From Deferribacteres bacterium (GTDB lineage: Bacteria > Nitrospirota > Thermodesulfovibrionia > UBA6902): a DNA stretch of 62,543 nt. Below the pieces are notes generated by a model. It was given only the letters and a program-made list of their open reading frames with translations, was not told the DNA's origin and did not search any database. The stretch spans positions 1-62,543 of the forward strand of contig JAADFS010000028.1 in assembly GCA_013152795.1 (NCBI GenBank), read 5' to 3'. A program made the position numbers and the translations under genes. Below, one piece after another: positions 23,137 to 31,864 of this stretch. How positions within the stretch are numbered: position 1 is the first letter of the stretch; every line of letters begins with the position of its first letter.

Positions 23137-24861
23137 GTGCTTATCGCACGGACTGTTATGGACATAAGGACAGATCGTGCGCAGACGTCCATCCTCGACG
23201 CCGTAATTGCACGTCCAGGCATCGGGAACGTCGGAGACGCTCTCGTTTGGGATCAATTCGAAATATTTGCAATCAGGATAGGTATTCATAAAAAAAGTAT
23301 AGCAAAAAGGAGAAGTATTATCAAGGAACTCATAGTCGACAACTTTGCAGGAGGTGGCGGGGCTTCGGTAGGCATAGAGGCTGCGCTCGGGCGACCGGTG
23401 GACATTGCGGTCAATCATGACCCGGTTGCCATTGCCATGCACAAGGCAAACCATCCGCGCACGCGGCATCTGAACGAAAATATCTGGGACGTTGATCCGG
23501 TCGATATTTGCGCCGGCCGGCCTGTCGGTCTCGCATGGTTCAGCCCGGACTGTACTCACTTCAGCAAGGCCAAGGGCGGACGGCCGGTCAATAAGAAGAT
23601 ACGGGGCCTCGCCTGGGTGGTTCTCAAGTGGGCCGCTACCGTGCGGCCGCGGATAATCATACTCGAGAATGTCGAGGAGTTCGTCACCTGGGGACCACTC
23701 GTAAAGAAAGAGGACGGCAACCACTACCCCTGCCCGAAGCGCAAGGGTCAGACCTTCAAGGTCTTCGTGAACGCCCTCAAAAAGCACGGTTATGACGTCA
23801 ACTGGCGGGAGCTTCGGGCCTGTGACTACGGGGCCCCGACCATAAGAAAACGTCTCTTCCTGATAGCCCGCTGCGACGGGCAGGCCATAACCTGGCCTGA
23901 GCCCACGCACGGGGACCCGAAAAGCAAGGCGGTCAGGATAGGACGGTTGAAGCCCTGGCGGACGGCCGCAGAGTGCATTGACTGGTCTATCCCATGCCCC
24001 TCGATATTTATGACCAGGGAAGAGGCCAGGGCATACGGCGTCAAGCGGCCACTGGCCGAGGCGACCATGAGGCGCATAGCAAGGGGCATCAAGCGGTATG
24101 TCCTGGATGCGGCGGAGCCATTTATCGTGCCAATAGCTCATTATAATGGCCGAGATACCATTCATGGCATAAATGATCCATTCAGGACCGTTACCGCCAA
24201 CCCCAGGGGAGGGTCATTCAGCTTGGTGATGCCTTCTCTCATGCACCTGACCCATCATGGAAAGCAGACCCTTGTCTCTGCTTTCCTCGCCAAGCATTAT
24301 GGTGGGGTCGTTGGTACCAGTATGGACAGCCCCATAAGCACGGTAACGAGCAAAGATCACCATTCGCTCGTCACCGCCCACATCATAAAGCTATATGGCA
24401 CGAATACCGGTCATGCTTGTAATGAACCCCTTCATACGGTCACGGCTGGGGGTTTTCATCTCGGCGAGGTATGGGCCTTCCTCATGAAGTATTACGGCAC
24501 GGACCAGGACCCTCAACTCCGCAAGCCCTTGCATACGGTCACTACAAAGGACCGTTTCGGTCTCGTTACGGTCCATGGGGAGGAATACCGGATAGTGGAC
24601 ATAGGCATGAGGATGCTTACACCGAGGGAACTTTTCCGGGCGCAGGGGTTCCCGGACAGCTACATCATTGACATAGGGCACGACCCAAGGGAACTCTTCC
24701 GGGACAAGCCCCTCACGAAGACCCAGCAGGTTGCCCTGTGCGGCAACTCTGTATGCCCCGACTTGGCGAAAATCCTCGTCGAGTCGAATTATGAAGCAGG
24801 CAATGGAATCCTTTCAGAAAAATGCGATACAACAGGGATGTCTACACTCCAACCCACCTGA
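23137..24861 (+). CDS. DNA (cytosine-5)-methyltransferase with expanded target-recognition region
   Basis: Motif I DNFAGGGGAS, motif IV FSPDCTHFSKA, motif VI IILENV, motif X CGNSVCP. Four tandem ~32-aa modules between motifs VIII and IX. Exact start uncertain. Confidence 0.88.
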   Translation: MLIARTVMDIRTDRAQTSILDAVIARPGIGNVGDALVWDQFEIFAIRIGIHKKSIAKRRSIIKELIVDNFAGGGGASVGIEAALGRPVDIAVNHDPVAIAMHKANHPRTRHLNENIWDVDPVDICAGRPVGLAWFSPDCTHFSKAKGGRPVNKKIRGLAWVVLKWAATVRPRIIILENVEEFVTWGPLVKKEDGNHYPCPKRKGQTFKVFVNALKKHGYDVNWRELRACDYGAPTIRKRLFLIARCDGQAITWPEPTHGDPKSKAVRIGRLKPWRTAAECIDWSIPCPSIFMTREEARAYGVKRPLAEATMRRIARGIKRYVLDAAEPFIVPIAHYNGRDTIHGINDPFRTVTANPRGGSFSLVMPSLMHLTHHGKQTLVSAFLAKHYGGVVGTSMDSPISTVTSKDHHSLVTAHIIKLYGTNTGHACNEPLHTVTAGGFHLGEVWAFLMKYYGTDQDPQLRKPLHTVTTKDRFGLVTVHGEEYRIVDIGMRMLTPRELFRAQGFPDSYIIDIGHDPRELFRDKPLTKTQQVALCGNSVCPDLAKILVESNYEAGNGILSEKCDTTGMSTLQPT

Positions 24862-24942
24862 GAAATCGTCTCAGAGAGGCTCTCAGGCGGCCGGTTTTTG
24901 GGGGATAATGAGTAAATCCAACAATATTAAAAAGGAGGTATC

Positions 24943-25209
24943 ATGATTAACCTGGGAGACAAAGTCAAAGACATTGTAACTGGATTTGAAGGGGTAGTAA
25001 CTTGCAGATGTGAATATCTGAACGGTTGTGTCCGTGTTGAAGTGCAACTAGATAAGCTCAAGGATGGCAAACCGATTGGTTCTCTCTGGATTGATACACA
25101 ACAACTGATCGTTGTCAAAGCGGGCAAGGTCAATATTAAATCTGTTAAGAATGATGACCCTCCTGGTGGACCCGGAAGCATTCCCACTTCATTCAGTCAG
25201 CCAGATTAA
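24943..25209 (+). CDS. hypothetical protein
   Basis: ATG preceded by AAAGGAGG. 88 aa. Confidence 0.45.
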   Translation: MINLGDKVKDIVTGFEGVVTCRCEYLNGCVRVEVQLDKLKDGKPIGSLWIDTQQLIVVKAGKVNIKSVKNDDPPGGPGSIPTSFSQPD

Positions 25210-25230
25210 TTCTCAGGAGGTTAAGTAATT

Positions 25231-25527
25231 ATGGATATGCCGATATTACGATTTGAGCTTGAAGGGCTGAAGCGCTCTTTTATGGCTGTACTCAATGACT
25301 ACAACAAAGAACTTGAGCAAATGGTGCAGAAAGCGATGAATGAATATTGTACCCCAGAGAACCTGGAATCAATTATTAATGCCAAAGCTGCAAGTATCAT
25401 TCGCATGATTATTGAAGAAGAGATGGAGCGTTTTTGCTTGGATAGCGAGGAAATCCGCGAGGCGATCCGAAATGCTGTTATAGCACAGCCTTCTTCATTC
25501 AATCAGAAGGAGACTAATCAGGATTGA
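25231..25527 (+). CDS. hypothetical protein
   Basis: ATG preceded by CAGGAGG. 98 aa, acidic. Confidence 0.45.
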   Translation: MDMPILRFELEGLKRSFMAVLNDYNKELEQMVQKAMNEYCTPENLESIINAKAASIIRMIIEEEMERFCLDSEEIREAIRNAVIAQPSSFNQKETNQD

Positions 25528-28502
25528 ACGATTTCGAACGGGTAAAAGACGCCATAGACCTGCTGAACCTGATAGAGGCAGAGACAGGACTCAAGATGAA
25601 GGGACACCATCTTGAGGAGTGCCCCTTCTGTGGCGGCCACGACTGTTTTTCCATCAAGCCGGACGAGCAGTTCTTCAAATGCTTCCAGTGCGACCGGTCA
25701 GGAGATGTTTACACGTTTCTGACTGAATACAAGGGGATTGAAATCCCCGAAGCACTTCGTCAGGCCGCCGAATTTGCACGCATCAACCTCACCTTCAGTG
25801 AAAAAAAGAAGCGCCGTCTTACGAAAAAGGACCGCATTTTCCTCGATGCCGCTGAATACTACCATCAACAGTTACATGCAAACGGCGGCAGCAAATATTT
25901 CGTCGAGCAGAGAAAGCATTCCAAAGAGGCCCTCTCAAGGATGAAGGTCGGCTGGTCAAACGGTCAGCTCAGCCGCTGGCTCCTTGAGAAGGGCTACACG
26001 AGGGAGGAGATTCTTGAAAGCGGCCTTGCAAGGGAGAAGGACGGCTCACTGGTTGATTTCTTCTCCCCGGGCCTTGCCATATTCCCTCACTTCCATGACG
26101 GCAAGGTCCTGCACATCACCATGAAGGACCCCAAAAAGGAAAAGAGATATCAACTCCCATCAAAGGTCAGGGCAAAGGACTGGGTCTTCTACAACCAGTC
26201 AGCCCTATACAGATACAAGGAACTCATAATCGTTGAGGGGGAAAATGATCTCCTGAGCGTGATGGGCGCGGGGGTGAGCCACGTTGTTGGCCTCATCGGC
26301 CAGGTCTCGAAAGACCAGATCAAAGCCCTCCAGAAACACATGAAGGGCCGGCACCTCTACCTCTGGCTTGACAAGGATGAGGGGGGCATAAAGCAGACAC
26401 GCCAGATATGTGAGGCCCTCAGGGGCCATGACTATAATCTAAGGGTCGTTGTCCATCCCGGAGAAGCCAAGGACCCTGACGAATTCATCAAGAGCCTTCC
26501 GGAAAAGGACAGGCGCAAGACCATCAGGATGCTCCAGGAAGAGGCCCTCATGCCGGTAGCCTGGGAGATAGCACTCATCTCCAGGGTAGACGGCTTTGAA
26601 AACAGATTAAAGGCACTGAAAAGCCGGGGAGTTTTTCGCGCCGTGGCTGAAATGGTTGAGAGCGAAAAGCTCATCTACATCGAAAAACTGAAGGCCCTCG
26701 GACTGACTGAAAAGGCGATCCTTGAAGAAATAGATCTGAGCCGGGAACTGCTGCAGACGATCAAGACATATTTTGCATCCCTGGACAACAAGAGAGATGC
26801 CGATCCAAACGTCATTGCCTCGATGATCTTCAAATATTTCAATGAGCATGGCCGGTTCTTTTTCGACAAGATGGATAATGTCTATCTTCTCTATCAGCAT
26901 CGCATCTATACCGTTGGAAACAACCGGCCCTTCAACGCCCTCATGAAGAAGACCACTATCCTGCTGCCGACCAAGGAACCCGGCCGGTCCGTCTGGGAGA
27001 GTCTGGCCTCGGACGCCTACAACAACGGCCGCCAGATCGACCTTGCATCTTGGATACACACTGACAGAAACACCGATACGATCTACGTGAACCTGAATTC
27101 ACCGAACAACATGATTCTGAAGATATCCGCGAAGGGCATCGAAGAGATCCCGAACGGACTGAACAAGGACGGGATCCTGCTGAAATCCTCGAGGAAGATT
27201 CTGCCGGTGAATTTCCTGCCTGATTCTGACATGGCCGAAGGGCTCAGGTTCCTGAAAGAACTCGTTTTCGACAATCTCACCTGTGAACCGGAACAGCGAT
27301 ATCTCATCATCTGCTGGCTGATGAGTGCATTCCTTCTGGACTTCACACCCTACATGGCATTGATGAAATTCTCCGGAGCCAGCAGTTCAGGAAAAACCAC
27401 AGCTGCCAGGCTCCTTTCTCTCCTGATTTACGGTAGCGATCACCTCGGGGACCCTTCAGCGGCGGCAGCCTATGCCGTGGCGAGTCAAAATCCACTGCTG
27501 ATCATCGACAACCTCGAGCATGACGATTTCACGAAGAGCATCCTCAAATTCCTGCTACTCAGCGCCACGAAAGGAGGCAAGGAGAAACGCACCGCAGGCA
27601 CAGAATCCGAGACCACCGAGGAACAGCCCAAGGCCCTGGTACTGATCACGGCAATTGAGCCGTTCACCAAGCCGGAGCTGATCAACAGGACCTATGACAT
27701 AGATTTCAGATTCAGGTTCAAGAGCGATGATTTTGTTGAGGACGAGGTCATCAGAGAGATTATCAAGCGCCGTGACCTCATGCTCAGCGCAATCATCAAG
27801 TTCCTTCACGGCGAGGTGCTTCCAAATCTCCGTGAACGGAAGGACTATATCAATATCCTCAAGAAGGAATACCGGAATCACTCAAAAAACAGGACCGATG
27901 AGTTCCTGTCTCTCCTAATGGTCATGCTCAACAGGCTCCTAAATTACATCCCATATTATGACGAGGATCACTCTCTTCATGGTGTTGAGACCGGCGAGAA
28001 GGAGATCCGTAAGCGGTGGATTGAATACCAGGACGCCAAGGCAAAGGACACTGAGGTGACCAGCAACAATATCCTGAAGCTCCTGGACGGTCTCGTCCGC
28101 GAGTACCTGATCAAGATGAAAGACAGCAAGCTTGAGCCGGAACCTCACTCATCTCATGCTGATCCGGTGTTTGTATACATTCACCCTGAGTACATGCTCG
28201 AAGTGGTAAAAACCCAGCCACAGGTTGAAGAGGACGAAAACGGGGAGCCTTACACGATCACCTATGTGGAATTCATTGCAACATCCAGTGAGATCTGCCA
28301 GGCCTTTGACCGGTTCTGCAGGAACAACGGCCTCCGTAATCCATACGAGAAGGCCAGTGTCTTCTCAGCCCGGCTGAGTAACGACAAACATCTCCTCAGA
28401 AAAGGTGGCTGGGAGATCATCTCTGCACCCGGCAAGGAGCCATATTTCAAGATTATCAAGGGACAGAGATACTGGAAATTCAGGAAGACGATAGCAAAAT
28501 AG
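25524..28502 (+). CDS. DNA primase (CHC2 zinc finger plus TOPRIM) fused to a P-loop NTPase/helicase
   Basis: CPFCGGHDCFSIK..FKCFQC (CHC2). IIVEGENDLLS (TOPRIM). FSGASSSGKTT (Walker A). LLIIDNLE (Walker B). Confidence 0.85.
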   Translation: MNDFERVKDAIDLLNLIEAETGLKMKGHHLEECPFCGGHDCFSIKPDEQFFKCFQCDRSGDVYTFLTEYKGIEIPEALRQAAEFARINLTFSEKKKRRLTKKDRIFLDAAEYYHQQLHANGGSKYFVEQRKHSKEALSRMKVGWSNGQLSRWLLEKGYTREEILESGLAREKDGSLVDFFSPGLAIFPHFHDGKVLHITMKDPKKEKRYQLPSKVRAKDWVFYNQSALYRYKELIIVEGENDLLSVMGAGVSHVVGLIGQVSKDQIKALQKHMKGRHLYLWLDKDEGGIKQTRQICEALRGHDYNLRVVVHPGEAKDPDEFIKSLPEKDRRKTIRMLQEEALMPVAWEIALISRVDGFENRLKALKSRGVFRAVAEMVESEKLIYIEKLKALGLTEKAILEEIDLSRELLQTIKTYFASLDNKRDADPNVIASMIFKYFNEHGRFFFDKMDNVYLLYQHRIYTVGNNRPFNALMKKTTILLPTKEPGRSVWESLASDAYNNGRQIDLASWIHTDRNTDTIYVNLNSPNNMILKISAKGIEEIPNGLNKDGILLKSSRKILPVNFLPDSDMAEGLRFLKELVFDNLTCEPEQRYLIICWLMSAFLLDFTPYMALMKFSGASSSGKTTAARLLSLLIYGSDHLGDPSAAAAYAVASQNPLLIIDNLEHDDFTKSILKFLLLSATKGGKEKRTAGTESETTEEQPKALVLITAIEPFTKPELINRTYDIDFRFRFKSDDFVEDEVIREIIKRRDLMLSAIIKFLHGEVLPNLRERKDYINILKKEYRNHSKNRTDEFLSLLMVMLNRLLNYIPYYDEDHSLHGVETGEKEIRKRWIEYQDAKAKDTEVTSNNILKLLDGLVREYLIKMKDSKLEPEPHSSHADPVFVYIHPEYMLEVVKTQPQVEEDENGEPYTITYVEFIATSSEICQAFDRFCRNNGLRNPYEKASVFSARLSNDKHLLRKGGWEIISAPGKEPYFKIIKGQRYWKFRKTIAK

Positions 28503-28523
28503 CAAAGCGAGGGATGAACAGAT

Positions 28524-28769
28524 ATGCAATTATTGCTTGACATGCTGCCTCAATCTTACTGGGAAGACATCGCGAAACTCTACAGGGCCCGCTATGCAAC
28601 CAGATTCACCGATGAAGAGATCATCAGAAAGGCAAAAGAGGTTTATGTCTTGTTCCAGAAACGGCCTGATGGCGGGACTCACCACCGGCCCGGTGATATG
28701 CCGAGAGGCCGGTGGTTTCTTTCAAGAATATTTGATGCCCTTGATCATGGGTTAGAGGGGTGCAGTTGA
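28524..28769 (+). CDS. hypothetical protein
   Basis: 81-aa ORF in the operon. No motif recognised. Confidence 0.4.
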   Translation: MQLLLDMLPQSYWEDIAKLYRARYATRFTDEEIIRKAKEVYVLFQKRPDGGTHHRPGDMPRGRWFLSRIFDALDHGLEGCS

Positions 28770-28770
28770 C

Positions 28771-29220
28771 ATGAAAGTAGTTATTTTTGGAAGTAGAACT
28801 TTAATCAGTCAAAAATATAAAGAAAACATCAAAAAAGAAATTGAGGCTCTTGGTATTGAAAGAATTAAAGAGCTGAGGACCTCAGGTGGAATAAAAGGTA
28901 TCTGTCACCTGGCTATTGAGGCGGCCAGAGATTTATACCTACCAATAAAATTGTATTGGCCAAATCCAAAATATCGTCAAGGAATGTTTCACAGGCGATC
29001 TGTCCAGATTTTAACTGGCGCAGATTTTTGTCTTTTATTCCATGATGGAAAAAGCAAAGGAACACTTAACGAATTAAATTTGGCTAAGAAAATGGGGATA
29101 CCCTTTAAATACTTTTTCATGAAAATTGATTTTGATGTAAACGACTTATTAATAGACTCTATCAATTCAATAGAATTAGAAAGTTTATTAGATGATGATT
29201 TTGATCTAAACATTATTTGA
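28771..29220 (+). CDS. SLOG/DUF2493-like Rossmann-fold protein
   Basis: MKVVIFGSRTL.., GGIKGICHLAIEAA.., ADFCLLFHDGKSKGTLNE pattern. Markedly AT-rich relative to neighbouring genes. Confidence 0.4.
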   Translation: MKVVIFGSRTLISQKYKENIKKEIEALGIERIKELRTSGGIKGICHLAIEAARDLYLPIKLYWPNPKYRQGMFHRRSVQILTGADFCLLFHDGKSKGTLNELNLAKKMGIPFKYFFMKIDFDVNDLLIDSINSIELESLLDDDFDLNII

Positions 29221-29714
29221 AGGGGTTGCAGTTGATATGAATATGGTGCAGTTCATTTATGATTTTCATCCACCAAGTGTTACTAAAGGTAACAAATTTG
29301 ACGTTTTTTCTTTTTTTTACCACTCGGGGAAAGTTTGGGGGCATGTTTCAGAATCAACTGCACCACTGCACCACCGAGTTAGTATTTATTATTTATTTAA
29401 AGAAAATAAAAGAAAATCAAAGAAAAAGCGGTGGTGCAATCTGAGTGCAACCGTGGTGCAGTATGGTGCAATGTTGGTGCACCCGAAACCTTCTAAAAAT
29501 GGATTGCACCACGATTTTTTGTTTAAAAATCAAGATGTTATCCGGGATGGTGCAGTGGTGCAGTTAAAAAAATGCCCTATAGACTGTCAAGATGAAGGTC
29601 AACTGCACCACGACATGTTTTTGAGGGCTTTGATCATGAAAACCGGCGATATTTGCTGAAAATCGGGATTTTATCTTTTTGTTGCGGAGGGTTTTGCCTG
29701 TTTAAGGGTGCAGT
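29221..29714. repeat. iteron cluster (GGTGCA[G/A]T) with AT-rich spacer; candidate phage replication origin
   Basis: At least 12 copies on both strands. Forward: 29245, 29433, 29455, 29465, 29476, 29549, 29557, 29707. Reverse: 29357, 29365, 29503, 29602. Includes three tandem pairs. A/T-rich run at 29381-29428. Confidence 0.65.
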
Positions 29715-30418
29715 TGTCCTTCTTGCGGCTTCTGGCCCTTCTTTCTGAAAAATGCCTTCTCCGCGGTTCTTTTTTCAGTTTGAAGATAGTTATAAGATTG
29801 TTGTTGGTATTAGGTTTTAGGTTGATATCTGTTTTTTCTCTGTGCCGGCAGGGAAAGGACAAGGCCGATAACGAACCGAAAAAAGCGAAATTACAGAACT
29901 GCATAAAATGATAAAAAGTGCGATAACAGAGATTAATCAGATATCTAAAGTCAATAAAATTAATAGGTTTGTGGATTACAGTTTTATTAAAAGTGCGATA
30001 AGAGGTTAAATGTGAGGGTTTTTGATTGTCTCAGGTGGTGTGTGAAGGGGACCCCCCCTATCAAAAATTGGGTATAAGGTGTAGTGCCGTGACTCCATAG
30101 GTTTCTGTAAATTGGTAGACATCGAAAAAGGTTTTCTATGGTTTGTAAGAGGTTTGATGTATGGTGATAATCAGTTTAAAAGGTGGGGGGTCTGGGGGGA
30201 GGCCGAAACTTCAAGCGCTGCTGGAGGTGTCTGATGTATGAATACGAGATAGTAGCGATCTATTTCGCTCGGAAAAGGATGAGAAGGCTTATGGAGGTTA
30301 TTGAACGCAAGGTATGCATTGCTATTGAAGAGATGAGATTGAAAAACAGTTTTTGGGAGGCTTATGTGCCTGGCCTTGGCTGGAGGAAGGTAAGCGATCT
30401 GTTGGAGGGGAAATACAA

Positions 30419-31393
30419 GTGAGGCAGTATATCAAGCACTGGGTAGAACATGAAAAAATCCATAAGGGCCGCCAGGCAAGTGGGGTGGAGCGGTACCGGA
30501 GGACCGTTGAGATGTTTCTCGAGTGGCTTGAGGTGAATGACATACCTCTGGAGCCCGGTAAGGTCTCAAGGTCGGATATAGATGCGTTCATGAAGTGGTT
30601 GTTCTATCAGAAAGGCAATATCAGGAATTCCTCCAGGGCAAATAAGCTGGCCGCTGTCAGATCCTTTTTCCGGTTCCTGGTATACATCGGGATAGTACAT
30701 GAGGATCCTACAAGCGGGATCCCTACTCCGCGGTTTTCCCCGAAGCTCCCTGTCAAGTTCACAACCGAGGAGCTCCGGTATATCTTCTCAATGCCTGATA
30801 CGAACACAGAGATGGGCATAAGGGATCTGGCAATGCTCATGACCCTCTACGGGGCCGGGCTCAGGGTATCAGAGCTCTGCAGCCTCCGAATGGGGGATGT
30901 GATAGACAATGGCGGATACATCAGGCTGAATATCATGGGCAAGGGCGGAAAGAGCAGGACGGTGACACTCAGAACAAACCCGTCAAAGGTGCTCAGGCAG
31001 TGGCTGACAATCAGGATGGCACAGGGAGCCGGGCTTGATGACATGGTATTCGTGAGACTACATGGAGGCAACCTGGAGGGCCTGTCTCCGGTAGCGGTCA
31101 ATAATGTCCTGAAAAAATATGCCCTGAAGGTGGGCATAAGGTCCTCTGATGCCTTTGTACATAAATTGAGGGCCACCTTTGCCACCGACCTTTACGATGC
31201 CGGCCGCGACAGGTGTCTGTATTGTGGCCATGCGGTGGAGAAGGTGGATATCTTTGAGATCATGCATCTGATGGGGCATAGCGATCCTAAGACAACAATG
31301 AGATACATTGCAATATCAGAGAAGGTGCTGAAGAAAACCGCCATACCGGACAGGCGTTGGAAAGAACTACTCGAAGGGAGGGCTGATGGGTAA
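30419..31393 (+). CDS. XerC/XerD-like tyrosine recombinase (full length, with N-terminal SAM-like domain)
   Basis: GLRVSELCSL (Arg), HKLRATFAT (HxxR), LMGHSDPKTTMRYI (His/Tyr). GTG 30419 preceded by GGAGGGG; ATG 30353 is an alternative start. Confidence 0.85.
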   Translation: MRQYIKHWVEHEKIHKGRQASGVERYRRTVEMFLEWLEVNDIPLEPGKVSRSDIDAFMKWLFYQKGNIRNSSRANKLAAVRSFFRFLVYIGIVHEDPTSGIPTPRFSPKLPVKFTTEELRYIFSMPDTNTEMGIRDLAMLMTLYGAGLRVSELCSLRMGDVIDNGGYIRLNIMGKGGKSRTVTLRTNPSKVLRQWLTIRMAQGAGLDDMVFVRLHGGNLEGLSPVAVNNVLKKYALKVGIRSSDAFVHKLRATFATDLYDAGRDRCLYCGHAVEKVDIFEIMHLMGHSDPKTTMRYIAISEKVLKKTAIPDRRWKELLEGRADG

Positions 31394-31841
31394 ACGATAC
31401 AGCCTTGAAATTTGGGAATCAATGAGAAGGGTGCTTATACGGCATATTGGATTTGAAGACCTCGCTGAAGATATCTATCTCGAGACGATACGAATTTTCG
31501 GCGAAGGCAGCCGGCTCAAGATGCCGAAGTATGAGGAGGGCCCTGGGGGAGAGATTTATTTCTGGAACCCGCATCGGTGCCTGCACAGCATGAGGGCCTG
31601 CAATCAGCTACTTGCATACCTGCGGAAAAAACTTGGAGAACAGACAGGAGACAGAATTTTCAACGCCATAGTTGTTGAGTTAGGCCAGGGCAGAAGGATT
31701 ACCGTTCCAACAATCCGGAGCATCCTTATACAGAGGCGGAATGAATATATCAGGAAGCAATTCCGGGGGTTCAATCATAAGGAACTGGCGATCCTGTATG
31801 GATTGTCGGAAAGGCAGGTGAGGCGAATTGTTAACAATTAA
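31386..31841 (+). CDS. Mor-like transcriptional activator (C-terminal HTH)
   Basis: C-terminus RRNEYIRKQFRGFNHKELAILYGLSERQVRRIV resembles the Mu Mor/C family HTH. Confidence 0.55.
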   Translation: MGKRYSLEIWESMRRVLIRHIGFEDLAEDIYLETIRIFGEGSRLKMPKYEEGPGGEIYFWNPHRCLHSMRACNQLLAYLRKKLGEQTGDRIFNAIVVELGQGRRITVPTIRSILIQRRNEYIRKQFRGFNHKELAILYGLSERQVRRIVNN

Positions 31842-31864
31842 GAAAACCTTATTCAGGAGGACAA

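Noticed and set aside
29237-29911. ORFs 29237..29659 (+), 29671..29904 (-) and 29708..29911 (+) in the iteron/AT-rich region.
   Set aside because: - Their peptide sequences are dominated by translated iterons (VVQ / LHH) and poly-Lys from A-runs.
- I treat the region as non-coding origin DNA.
- 29237..29659 cannot be fully excluded, because it shares the start context of the 28771 gene.
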